Both the position numbers and the translations under genes were made by a program. From Acidobacteriota bacterium (lineage in GTDB: Bacteria > Acidobacteriota > Vicinamibacteria > Vicinamibacterales > CAVVIG01), in the NCBI GenBank assembly GCA_023265175.1, contig JAHFUI010000003.1, positions 1 through 59,725 on the forward strand: a stretch of DNA of 59,725 nucleotides, read 5' to 3'. The notes below the pieces were generated by a model. The model saw nothing but the letters and a program-made list of their open reading frames with translations, ran no database searches and was not told the DNA's origin. Shown here one piece after another: positions 20,223 to 29,423 of the stretch; the stretch's first letter is position 1, and every line of letters starts with the position of its first letter.

Positions 20223-20393
20223 CTACGACCGACCGACGACGCGCGTCAAACCCCAGCCTGCCAGAAACACGGCGACTCCGACGCCGAACAACCGTGAATT
20301 CGGTCCGAGCGGACCTGCCGTGACGACGTCGACCAGCAGAATCCACATACCGACGATCTGTCCGAAGCGACCGAGGTAATACAGCGCGCGCAT
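20223..20393 (-). CDS. small (56-aa) two-TM membrane protein, unknown family
   Basis: Hand translation gives MRALYYLGRFGQIVGMWILLVDVVTAGPLGPNSRLFGVGVAVFLAGWGLTRVVGRS. It is below the ORF-track size cut-off, has high GC3, and its ATG abuts octamer element 1. Confidence 0.4.
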   Translation of the reverse strand: MRALYYLGRFGQIVGMWILLVDVVTAGPLGPNSRLFGVGVAVFLAGWGLTRVVGRS

Positions 20394-20523
20394 CTGGTTA
20401 TCTGGTTATCTGGTTATTTGGTTATTTGGTTATTTGGTTATTTGGTTATTGATTGTTCAATTGATCAACAGATGACCGCCTCACCAGATAACCAGATAAC
20501 CAAATAACCAGACAACCAGATAA
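20394..20523. repeat. octamer-array palindromic element, copy 1 (7 + 5 units of TGGTTAT(C/T))
   Basis: (CTGGTTAT)x3 (TTGGTTAT)x4, a 34-nt spacer beginning TGATTG, then CCAGATAA CCAGATAA CCAAATAA CCAGACAA CCAGATAA. It fills the mutL-stop to small-ORF-ATG gap exactly. Confidence 0.9.
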
Positions 20524-22233
20524 CTACATCCGCTCGAAGTTCTTTTCGATCTCGCGGCGCGTCAACCGCAGCATCACCGGTCGTCCGTGCGGGCAGACGG
20601 TGGAGTAGGCGGTCGCCCTGAGCTCGTCGAGGATGTGCGTCATCTTCTCGTATGTGAGCGGATAGTTCGCCTTGACCGCCCCGTGACACGCCGTCGTCGC
20701 CGCAATCCTCCGCAACGCTTCCTGCACCTGTGCGCCTTTGTCCAGGCCTTCGAGGTCTTCGGCCAGGGCCAGCAGCGCGTTCGAGCTGTCTTCCGTTTTC
20801 AGCAACGCCGGCACCGCCGAGACTTTGATCGTTCCCTCGCCGAAGCCGTCGATCTCGAACCCCAGCCGCTCGAGCTCGGATGCGCGGCCGACCAGCGCCT
20901 GGTGCGCGGACGGCGCGACCTCGATGACGAGCGGCACGAGGAGCCGTTGCGATTCGAGCGGTCCGGCGGCGAGCCGCTCCATCACGCGCTCGAACAGCAC
21001 CCGTTCGTGCGCGACGTGCTGATCGATGATCGCCACACCCTCATCGTCGATGGCGATGATGAAGGTGTCGCGAAATTGCCCGAGCGGAATCATCGGGCGG
21101 ATGTCGGACGAACGCGTATCGGACGTGTGCGAATCGTAGGTGGGAGGCATCCAACGATTGGGGTACGCACCGCCGCCGAGGACGCCGGGAATCGACATCG
21201 CGACCGGTGATTGAGACTCGATCTCCGGACGCAATTGCAACTGCGGGACGCCGCCGTGCCCGAGCGCATCCATCAGCGCTCGACGCACGACCTCATGAAC
21301 GAGCGACTGGTCGCGGAAGCGTACCTCCGCTTTCGTGGGGTGAACGTTGACATCGACGGCGTCCGGCGGCATCTCGATGAACAGATGCACTTCCGGGCTT
21401 CGTTCCTTGATCGACGCGACGCTGTAGGAGTCGATGATCGCGTGCGCGATCGTCCGGTCCTTGACGATGCGGCGGTTGATGAAGACGTTCTGAGGTCCGC
21501 GGGTGGGGCCGTGCTCCGCCAGCGCCGCGATGCAGCCGGACACGCGCAGGCCGCCGGCATCTTTTCTCACCTCGATCAAATCGATGCGCTCGCCGTACAC
21601 CTGATACAACCGATCGTGCAACGACGCCGCGGGAGGACACTCGATCACCTTCCGGCCGCCGCTGGTCAACGTGAAGCCGACCTCGGGATGGGCCAGCGAC
21701 AGCTGCGTGACGATCCGCGACACCTGCGCGGACTCCGCGCTGTCGGATTTGAGGAATTTTCGCCGCGCCGGAAGGTTGTAAAACAGATCGTCGACCTGGA
21801 CGACCGTGCCTTTGGCCATCCCGACTTCGACGACGGATGTCACCGCGCCGCCGTTGACCCGGATTTCGGTGCCGCTGTCCTGGGCCTGCACGCGCGATCG
21901 CAGGAGGAAGTGCGAGACCGACGCGATCGACGGCAGCGCCTCGCCCCGAAACCCCAGCGTCGTGATCGCGGCCAGATCGCCGGCGCGCCGGATCTTGCTC
22001 GTCGCATGCCGCTCGATGGCCAGCCGCACGTCGGCGGGGTCCATCCCCTCGCCGTCATCTTCGACCCGGACCTGCTTCTTGCCGCCCAGCTCGACGTGAA
22101 TTGTGAGCCGGCGGGCGCCGGCGTCGATCGCGTTCTCGGCGAGTTCCTTGACCACCGACGCCGGCCGCTCCACGACCTCGCCGGCCGCTATCTGGTTCGC
22201 GAGATCCGGCGCTAAACGGCTGATTCGACCCAC
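20524..22233 (-). CDS. mutL: DNA mismatch repair protein MutL
   Basis: IAAGEVVERPASVVKELAENAIDAG...VEDDGEGM is the GHKL ATPase signature. A C-terminal CPHGRP motif is present. Confidence 0.95.
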   Translation of the reverse strand: MGRISRLAPDLANQIAAGEVVERPASVVKELAENAIDAGARRLTIHVELGGKKQVRVEDDGEGMDPADVRLAIERHATSKIRRAGDLAAITTLGFRGEALPSIASVSHFLLRSRVQAQDSGTEIRVNGGAVTSVVEVGMAKGTVVQVDDLFYNLPARRKFLKSDSAESAQVSRIVTQLSLAHPEVGFTLTSGGRKVIECPPAASLHDRLYQVYGERIDLIEVRKDAGGLRVSGCIAALAEHGPTRGPQNVFINRRIVKDRTIAHAIIDSYSVASIKERSPEVHLFIEMPPDAVDVNVHPTKAEVRFRDQSLVHEVVRRALMDALGHGGVPQLQLRPEIESQSPVAMSIPGVLGGGAYPNRWMPPTYDSHTSDTRSSDIRPMIPLGQFRDTFIIAIDDEGVAIIDQHVAHERVLFERVMERLAAGPLESQRLLVPLVIEVAPSAHQALVGRASELERLGFEIDGFGEGTIKVSAVPALLKTEDSSNALLALAEDLEGLDKGAQVQEALRRIAATTACHGAVKANYPLTYEKMTHILDELRATAYSTVCPHGRPVMLRLTRREIEKNFERM

Positions 22234-22358
22234 AGTCCCTTACCTACACCGAAAGGCACTTGGCTTGACGATCCGCAACGGGGCCGGTGGAAACCACACA
22301 GGCGGTCACTCGAACCCCCAGTCCCGCTGCGGAGCGTCAAGGCAAGTGCCCATCAGAA

Positions 22359-23324
22359 CTAGACCCACCGCTTGCGACGGAACAGCGCGAGCATCAGCAC
22401 GACCACGACGATCGTGATTCCGGAGAGCCACCAGAACTGCGCGGTGGCGCCACCAGGGAAATGCGGCAGCTCCACATTCATGCCATAAATGCCGGCCAGC
22501 AGCGTCGGCGGCATGAAGATCGTCGCGACGAGGGTCAGGACCTTCATGACCTCGTTCAGGCGGTTGCTGACGTTCGAGAGATGGGCGTCCAGCATGCCGG
22601 TGATGCGATCCTGAAACAGCATCCCATCGTCCGCGATCCGCACGAGGTGGTCGTACACGTCCCTGAAACGGAACGCCATTTCGTTGCTGATGTCGACGAA
22701 CTCGCGCCGCGCCAGCCGCGCGATCACATCGCGCTGCGGCGTGGTGACGCGGCGAAGCGACGACACGTCGCGCTTCTCGTCCAGGATCTCCCGTACGAGA
22801 GCCGGCGTCGGATCGTCGAAGATGGCTTTCTCGAGCTCGTCGAGCCGATCCTCCAGCTTGTCGATCTCGGGCCGGTAGTGATCGACCATCATGTCGACGA
22901 TGCGATGGAAGAGCGGCACCGGGCCGTCGGCCATGATTTGTGGATTGCGGGGGCAATGCTCCAGGAGATCCGTGATGGAGCGCGCCTGGCCGTCGTGAAC
23001 GGTGACGAGGTAGCCGGGTCCGAGAAAAAAGTCGACGTCGTGGGTCTTGAAGCCCCGCCCGCCGGCCGCGAAGTCGATGCCGTGCAGCACGACGTACAGA
23101 TAGCCTTCGTACGACTCGACCTTCGGGTACTGGACCTCGCTCATCGCGTCTTCGACCGACAACGGATGGAACGCCATCGTATCGCTGAGGATGAGCGACT
23201 CGGGAATGGACGGCGAGGCGAGGTCGACCCAGAGCGTGACGCCGGCCGCGGGGTTGAGCCATGCGCGATCGATACTGGTGACTTTTTCGGTCTTCCCGTC
23301 ACGATGAACGAAGATGGTGATCAC
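22359..23324 (-). CDS. corA: magnesium/cobalt transporter CorA
   Basis: YGMNV (GMN motif) lies between two C-terminal TM helices. The ORF is 321 aa. Confidence 0.9.
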   Translation of the reverse strand: MITIFVHRDGKTEKVTSIDRAWLNPAAGVTLWVDLASPSIPESLILSDTMAFHPLSVEDAMSEVQYPKVESYEGYLYVVLHGIDFAAGGRGFKTHDVDFFLGPGYLVTVHDGQARSITDLLEHCPRNPQIMADGPVPLFHRIVDMMVDHYRPEIDKLEDRLDELEKAIFDDPTPALVREILDEKRDVSSLRRVTTPQRDVIARLARREFVDISNEMAFRFRDVYDHLVRIADDGMLFQDRITGMLDAHLSNVSNRLNEVMKVLTLVATIFMPPTLLAGIYGMNVELPHFPGGATAQFWWLSGITIVVVVLMLALFRRKRWV

Positions 23325-23339
23325 GGGAAATCGCGGACG

Positions 23340-26147
23340 TCAGTCCCCGACCTTGACCGCGAGCGCCGCCTGCGCGGCGGCCAGCCTCGCCACCGGAATT
23401 CGGTACGGAGACGCGCTTACGTAGTCGAGGCCCGCTCTCTCGAAGAAGTGAATCGACGCCGTATCTCCGCCGTGCTCGCCGCAGATGCCGATCTTGAGCG
23501 ACGGCCGGGTTTTGCGGCCCCGCTCGACGCCGATGCGCACCAGCTCGCCGACACCCTCGACATCGATCGACGCGAACGGATCCTTTTCGAGGATCTTCTT
23601 GTCCTGATAGATCTTCAGGAACTTTCCGGCATCGTCCCGTGAGAAGCCGAAGGTGAGCTGCGTCAAATCGTTCGTGCCGAAGGAGAAGAACTCCGCTTCC
23701 TGGGCGATCTGACCGGCGGCCAGCGAGCCGCGCGGCACCTCGATCATCGTGCCGACCAGATACTTGACCCTGATGCCCTGTTCCTCCATCGTCTCGGCGG
23801 CGACGCGATCGACGACCGCCTTCTGATCCCGAAGCTCCTTCACGAGACCGACCAGCGGAATCATGATCTCGGGCACCACCTTGACGCCTTCCTTGTTCAG
23901 CCGGCACGCCGCCTCGATGATGGCGCGCGTCTGCATCTCCGTGATCTCCGGATACGTGATGCCCAGGCGGACGCCGCGCTGGCCGAGCATCGGATTGAAC
24001 TCGTGAAGCTGTTCGACCCGCTGCAGCAGCGCTCTCGCTCTCTCCAGATCCGAGTCGGCGCCGGAAACCAACGCCAGGGATTTCTGAATCTCCTCGTTCG
24101 CGGTGGAGCTCTTGCCGGTCGTCTCCATGCGGGAGATCTCGACCATCAGCTCCTCGCGCTTCGGCAGGAACTCGTGGAGCGGCGGATCGATCGTTCGGAT
24201 AGTCACCGGACAGCCGCGCATCGCCTTGAAGACGCCGTAGAAGTCCTCGCGCTGCAACGGCAGCAGCTCGTTCAAGGCCTTTCTGCGATCGGCTTCGGTG
24301 TCGGCGAGAATCATCCGCTGCACGATCGGAATGCGCCCCTCGCCGAAGAACATGTGCTCGGTCCGGCACAGGCCGATCCCGCGCGCGCCGAACGCGTACG
24401 CGGTCGCCGCCTGATCCGGCAGGTCGGCGTTGGCGTATACGCCGAGTCGCCTGTATTTGTCGGCCCACGTCAGCAGCCGGTCGAAGCGCTGATAGATGTC
24501 CGACTTCTTCGCCGGCAGCGTCCCGGCCACGACCTGCAGGATCTCGCTCGGCTTCGACGCGACCTGCGCGATCTTGACTTCACCGGTCAACCCGTCGAAT
24601 GAGATGAAGTCGCCCTCTTTGACGGTGCGGCCGCCGACGCGGAACTGCTTCGCGTGCTCGTCGATTTCGAGCGCGCCGGCGCCCACCACCGACGGCTTCC
24701 CCATTTGCCGTCCGACAACGGCCGCGTGCGAGGTCATGCCGCCGGTGGCCGTGAGGATGCCTTGCGCGACGAACATGCCGTGGATGTCGTCGGGGACCGT
24801 CTCGCGGCGAACCAGAATCACCTGCCTGCCCTGCCGGGTCCACTCGACGGCGTGGTCGGCCGAAAACACGACCTGTCCGCTGGCCGCGCCAGGCGACGCG
24901 GGAAGACCCGTGGCGGCCGTCGGAATCTTCTGCCACTCGTCGGGATCGAATCCGGGCGCCAGGAGCTGATTGAGCGCCTCGGGATCGACCAGCAGGATGG
25001 CCTCCCTCGGCGAGACGAGTTTCTCGGCGGCCAGGTCGGTCGCGATGACGACGGCGGCGTACCCCGTGCGTTTGCCGCTTCGCGTCTGGAGCATGAACAA
25101 CCGTTCGTCCTGGATGGTGAACTCGAAGTCCTGGACGTCCTTATAGTGCTTCTCGAGCCTCGTGGTGATCTCACGTAGTTGCTTGTACGCCTTCGGCAGC
25201 ACCCGCTCGAGCTCTCGAATCGGCTGCGGGGTCCGGACGCCAGAGACGACGTCCTCGCCCTGCGCGTTGATCAGGAACTCGCCGTAGAACTCCTTCTTGC
25301 CGTTCGCGGGGTTCCTGGTGAAGCCGACCCCGGTCGCCGAGCGCTCGCCGGTATTCCCGAACACCATCATCTGCACGTTGACCGCCGTGCCGATGTGATC
25401 CGGGATGTCGTAGATGCGGCGATACTCGCGCGCGCGCGGATTCATCCACGACCGGAACACCGCGTCGCGCGCCATCGTGAGCTGCCGATTCGGATCCTGC
25501 GGGAACGCCTTGCCGCTCCCCTGCTGCACGACGCTCTTGTAGCGCTCCACGACCTCCCGCAGCGCGTTCTCGTCGAGGCCGGTATCCAGCTTCGCGTGAC
25601 GCGTGGTCTTGACCGCTTCGAACTCGTGCTCGAAGGCAGCCTTCGGGATCTCGAGCACGACGTTCCCGAACATCTGGATGAAGCGGCGGTAACTGTCGAA
25701 CGCGAAACGGCCGTTCTGCGTCTGCCGTTTCAACCCTTCGACCGCATCGTCGTTGAGGCCGAGGTTGAGAATCGTGTCCATCATGCCCGGCATCGAGAAC
25801 CTCGCCCCCGAGCGGACCGACACGAGCAGCGGGTTCTCGTTCGAGCCCAATGTGACGCCGGCGACCTTCTCGAGCTTCTTCAGGTTGTCGGCGATCTCGC
25901 GATCGACCGCCGCGGGAATCTTCGCCTTCTCCTGGTAGTAAATGTTGCAGACGTCCGTGGAGATGGTGAACCCGGGCGGCACGGGCAGGCCCGCATTGGT
26001 CATCTCGGCGAGCCCCGAGCCTTTGCCGCCGAGCAGATCCTTCATGTTGCGGTTGCCGTCGGCCTTACCGCCGCCGAAAAAGTACACATACTTCTTCGCT
26101 TTGCCGGATGTCTTGACTGCTTTCTTCGCTGTCGGTCGCTTGGCCAT
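23340..26147 (-). CDS. ppdK: pyruvate, phosphate dikinase
   Basis: 935 aa, with LLGGKGSGLAEM, the GGMTSHAAVV phosphohistidine motif and the C-terminal PEP-utilising block. Confidence 0.95.
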   Translation of the reverse strand: MAKRPTAKKAVKTSGKAKKYVYFFGGGKADGNRNMKDLLGGKGSGLAEMTNAGLPVPPGFTISTDVCNIYYQEKAKIPAAVDREIADNLKKLEKVAGVTLGSNENPLLVSVRSGARFSMPGMMDTILNLGLNDDAVEGLKRQTQNGRFAFDSYRRFIQMFGNVVLEIPKAAFEHEFEAVKTTRHAKLDTGLDENALREVVERYKSVVQQGSGKAFPQDPNRQLTMARDAVFRSWMNPRAREYRRIYDIPDHIGTAVNVQMMVFGNTGERSATGVGFTRNPANGKKEFYGEFLINAQGEDVVSGVRTPQPIRELERVLPKAYKQLREITTRLEKHYKDVQDFEFTIQDERLFMLQTRSGKRTGYAAVVIATDLAAEKLVSPREAILLVDPEALNQLLAPGFDPDEWQKIPTAATGLPASPGAASGQVVFSADHAVEWTRQGRQVILVRRETVPDDIHGMFVAQGILTATGGMTSHAAVVGRQMGKPSVVGAGALEIDEHAKQFRVGGRTVKEGDFISFDGLTGEVKIAQVASKPSEILQVVAGTLPAKKSDIYQRFDRLLTWADKYRRLGVYANADLPDQAATAYAFGARGIGLCRTEHMFFGEGRIPIVQRMILADTEADRRKALNELLPLQREDFYGVFKAMRGCPVTIRTIDPPLHEFLPKREELMVEISRMETTGKSSTANEEIQKSLALVSGADSDLERARALLQRVEQLHEFNPMLGQRGVRLGITYPEITEMQTRAIIEAACRLNKEGVKVVPEIMIPLVGLVKELRDQKAVVDRVAAETMEEQGIRVKYLVGTMIEVPRGSLAAGQIAQEAEFFSFGTNDLTQLTFGFSRDDAGKFLKIYQDKKILEKDPFASIDVEGVGELVRIGVERGRKTRPSLKIGICGEHGGDTASIHFFERAGLDYVSASPYRIPVARLAAAQAALAVKVGD

Positions 26148-26217
26148 GAGTCAGTAACTCCGAATCTGATAATTGGGTAATCTTACATTCCTGTGGCGGG
26201 CACGCCTTGGGCAACCT

Positions 26218-28467
26218 TTAGGCCTGCCTCTCCTCCGCCACGATCTCCGAGATATTCGCAAGCTTCAACATTAACTGTTCAAGGCGACGCAACAGCCTTA
26301 GGCGAGCCATCTTCAGGTTCGTGTCGTCAGTCATGACCAACACCTGATCGAAAAACCGATCCACTGCCGGACCGAACCTAGACGCCTCCGCGAAGGCAGC
26401 TCGGGAGTTTGAACCCGATGCGGCGGCTTCCTCGATAACAGGAGTTCGCTGTTTGAGCTCGGCCAGTAGATCAAGTTCGGCCGGCTCCTTGAGAGCGCCA
26501 TCGAGCGCCATGCCACCGGGGAGTTCCATAACGTTGAAGTCGTGCAACGGAAGTTCTTTGGCAATGTTCTGAACGCGCTTGAAGGCACTAGCGAGCTTTT
26601 GAAAGTCTTCAGAATTCGTGAATTCCGGAAGTACGTCAAGCTTCTTCAGCTCGTCACTCGGTCGAATGGTTGAGAGTGGGCGACCGCGCGTGATGGCTCT
26701 GACATTCCGTACGTCAAAGCCACGGCTTTCGAGCACGTATTCAAAGCGCTCCAGCATGAAAGCGAGAAGATGAATGAGCTGACTCATGTCCCAATCGCTC
26801 GCCGGGTAGTTACTCTTCGCAGCATCCAACAACGGCTGAACGAACGGCGCTCGAATACCGGCCAACGTCGGCAAATCGACCAGAACCTTGAACACGCCAT
26901 GAGCCGCGCGCCGTAGGCCGTACGGATCCCGCGAGCCGGTCGGCTTTTCCCCCGCCGCAAACAGACCAACGATCGTGTCCAGCTTGTCCGCCAGGGACAC
27001 CGCCGCCCAGGTGACCGCCGCGTTCCCCAGTTGCGCGCGCGTGGGCGGCGCGGTCGCTTCGACGCCGACCGGCAAATAGTGAAAGTAAATCGCCTTCCAG
27101 ACCTCGTCCGGCAATCGTTCCTCGCGCGCGTAGATGCCGCCCATCGTGCCCTGCAGTTCGGTGAATTCGCGGACCATGTCGGTCGTCAGGTCCGCCTTCG
27201 CCAGCCGGGCGGCCCGGGCGGCGTGTGTCGCGGTGACCTCGGATCCACCAAACGCGTGACGCGCGATCCATGCCGCCAGTCGCTCGATGCGCTCCGCCTT
27301 CTCCTTGTACGTCCCGAGCCTCTTGTGAAACAGCAGCGTGGACAGGCGCTCGATCCGCGATTCGAGCGTGACTCGTCGATCGGCCTCCCAGAAGAACATC
27401 GCGTCGCGCAGCCGCGCGGTGACGACTCGCTCGGCGTTGCGGGCGATCGTGCGCTCGTTGTCCGGCTCGGTATTGATGACGGCAAGGAACGCCGGCTTCA
27501 GCTTCCCGTCCTCGCTCTCGACCGGAAAATAGTGCTGGTGATGAATCAGCGTGGTCGTCAGTACCTCGTCGGGCAGCACATCGGTGAACTCCGACGCGAA
27601 GGTGCCGGCGATGACGGACGGATACTCCACCAGATCGGGCACTTCCTCGAGCAGGCCGGCGTCGCTGTGCACGGCGCGGCTCACGCGGCCCTTCAGGCGA
27701 AGCGCTTTCGCATCGAGCTCCCGCGCGATCTTGTCGTGCCGCTCGCCGCGCTCGAGGATCACGAAGTTCTCGAGCAGCCTCGCCCGGTACTCGTCGAACG
27801 TCCGCACTTTGATCGCGTGTCCCGCGCGTCCGCTGGTCGTCAGGAATCGATGACCGTAGGTCACCGCTCCCGACGTGACATCCTGGACCTGAACGGTCTG
27901 CGCCGCCGACGTGCGTGTAATCATGAACGGGACGACGCGGCCGCCGTACAGGAACAGAATCCAGCGAATCGGCCGGCCGAAGAGCAACTCGCCGTGGCCG
28001 TCTTCGAGCGTCGCGTCCCAGCGCATCAGCCTGGGAAAGGACAACGTGCGCAAGGTGCCGCGGAGCACATCGGGCAGCACATCAACCGTGGTCTTGCCGC
28101 GTTGCCGCCGGCGAAACGCGAGGTACTTGCCTTTCGGCGTCGTCACCCGCTCGAGCGCGGCCACTTCCACGCCCTGCTTCATGGCAAAGCCGGTGGCCGC
28201 CGGCGTCGCGGTCCCATCGGCCTTGAAGCTTGCGGACACCGGTGGACCGTTGACGAGCTCCTCGAAGTCGGTCTGCCGCTCGGGGACACGACCGACGCGG
28301 ACCGCAAGCCGTCGCGGCGTGCTGAACGTGTCGACCGGAGACTCCGGCGGCAGGCGGTGCTCGCGCAGCTGCTTCGCAACGATCTCGCCGATCTGGTTGG
28401 TCAGTCCCGGCAACCAACTGGCCGGCAGCTCTTCGCAGCCGATTTCGAGGAGCAGTTCGCGATCCAT
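26218..28467 (-). CDS. glyS: glycine--tRNA ligase beta subunit
   Basis: Begins MDRELLLEIGCEELPA. The ATG at 28465-28467 lies 1 nt from the glyQ stop. The ORF-track N-terminal extension was rejected. Confidence 0.95.
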   Translation of the reverse strand: MDRELLLEIGCEELPASWLPGLTNQIGEIVAKQLREHRLPPESPVDTFSTPRRLAVRVGRVPERQTDFEELVNGPPVSASFKADGTATPAATGFAMKQGVEVAALERVTTPKGKYLAFRRRQRGKTTVDVLPDVLRGTLRTLSFPRLMRWDATLEDGHGELLFGRPIRWILFLYGGRVVPFMITRTSAAQTVQVQDVTSGAVTYGHRFLTTSGRAGHAIKVRTFDEYRARLLENFVILERGERHDKIARELDAKALRLKGRVSRAVHSDAGLLEEVPDLVEYPSVIAGTFASEFTDVLPDEVLTTTLIHHQHYFPVESEDGKLKPAFLAVINTEPDNERTIARNAERVVTARLRDAMFFWEADRRVTLESRIERLSTLLFHKRLGTYKEKAERIERLAAWIARHAFGGSEVTATHAARAARLAKADLTTDMVREFTELQGTMGGIYAREERLPDEVWKAIYFHYLPVGVEATAPPTRAQLGNAAVTWAAVSLADKLDTIVGLFAAGEKPTGSRDPYGLRRAAHGVFKVLVDLPTLAGIRAPFVQPLLDAAKSNYPASDWDMSQLIHLLAFMLERFEYVLESRGFDVRNVRAITRGRPLSTIRPSDELKKLDVLPEFTNSEDFQKLASAFKRVQNIAKELPLHDFNVMELPGGMALDGALKEPAELDLLAELKQRTPVIEEAAASGSNSRAAFAEASRFGPAVDRFFDQVLVMTDDTNLKMARLRLLRRLEQLMLKLANISEIVAEERQA

Positions 28468-28468
28468 G

Positions 28469-29344
28469 TCAGGCCATCGCTTCCGGCCGCGTCTCTTCGA
28501 TGTAGGCTTTCGCGATGCCGACGGCAAGCTGTCGCACGCGCAAGATGTAAGCGGTCCGTTCGGTCACCCCGATGCTGTTGCTCGCGTCGAGGATGTTGAA
28601 GAGATGCGAGCACTTCAGGCAGTGCTCGAGCGCCGGCCAGATGAGTCCCGACTTCAGCAGCCCTTCGGTGAAATGGTAGGTGCGTTCGAACATGTCGCGA
28701 TGAAATGCCGCGAACTCGCCCCGCGGCAGATCGACGTGGCCGAACACGTACTTCGACTGCTCGACTTCCTCGCGGAACCGGACGTCGCGGTACTTGACGC
28801 CGGCACCCCACTCGAGCTCATACATGCTGTCGACCCGCTGCAGCGCCATCGCGATCCGCTCGAGCCCGTAGGTCAGCTCGGCGGAAATTGGCGCGAGCTC
28901 GATGCCGCCGGCCTGCTGGAAATACGTGAACTGCGAGATTTCCATGCCGTCGAACATCACCTGCCAGCCGATGCCCCAGGCGCCGAGCGTCGGCGACTCC
29001 CAGTTGTCTTCCTCGAAGCGAACATCGTGTTGCCGCGGATTGATCCCGCAGGCCTCGAGGCTGTCGAGATACAGCTGCTGCACGTCGTCTGGCGCCGGCT
29101 TGAGAATGACCTGGAACTGGAAATGCTTGAATGACCGATTCGGGTTCTCGCCGAAGCGCGCGTCGGCCGGGCGCCGCGACGGCTGCACGTACGCGACGCT
29201 CCAATGGGCCGGCCCCAGCACGCGGAGAAATGTCTCCGGGTGCATGGTGGCGGCACCGACCTCGACGTCGAGCGGCTGTTGGAGCACGCAACCGCGCGAC
29301 GCCCAGAACTCGGACAGCTTCAGGATGAGGTTTTGAAAGGTCAT
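28469..29344 (-). CDS. glyQ: glycine--tRNA ligase alpha subunit
   Basis: [24 protein letters not shown] is a near-invariant GlyQ N-terminus. Confidence 0.95.
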   Translation of the reverse strand: MTFQNLILKLSEFWASRGCVLQQPLDVEVGAATMHPETFLRVLGPAHWSVAYVQPSRRPADARFGENPNRSFKHFQFQVILKPAPDDVQQLYLDSLEACGINPRQHDVRFEEDNWESPTLGAWGIGWQVMFDGMEISQFTYFQQAGGIELAPISAELTYGLERIAMALQRVDSMYELEWGAGVKYRDVRFREEVEQSKYVFGHVDLPRGEFAAFHRDMFERTYHFTEGLLKSGLIWPALEHCLKCSHLFNILDASNSIGVTERTAYILRVRQLAVGIAKAYIEETRPEAMA

Positions 29345-29354
29345 GATCGGAAAT

Positions 29355-29423
29355 GCTAATTGCAGAGTGCTGATTTATTGAACATTGTTCAAATAAATGC
29401 GCACTGAGCATTTTGCAATTAGC
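29355..29423. promoter_or_regulatory. 69-nt AT-rich near-perfect palindrome in the recO-glyQ spacer
   Basis: GCTAATTGCA/TGCAATTAGC (10 bp), AGTGC/GCACT (5 bp) and ATTTATT-GAAC/GTTC-AATAAAT (11 bp). GC is about 36%, and it overlaps the recO stop. Confidence 0.6.

Noticed and set aside
20465-20689. ORFs containing LVIWLSGYLVIW-type peptides (also 29413-30159, 30136-30399, 49708-50202, 51476-52546 and 52357-52569), which look like a repeat-protein family.
   Set aside because: They are frame-independent translations of the octamer arrays and of antisense gene sequence. They have no starts with translation signals and no coding-type composition outside the repeat. Only the FabD tail is in a real gene.
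26148-26217. A sigma70 promoter for ppdK (TAAGAT with TTGCCC upstream).
   Set aside because: The spacer would be 23 nt, and no acceptable -35/-10 geometry was found by eye.
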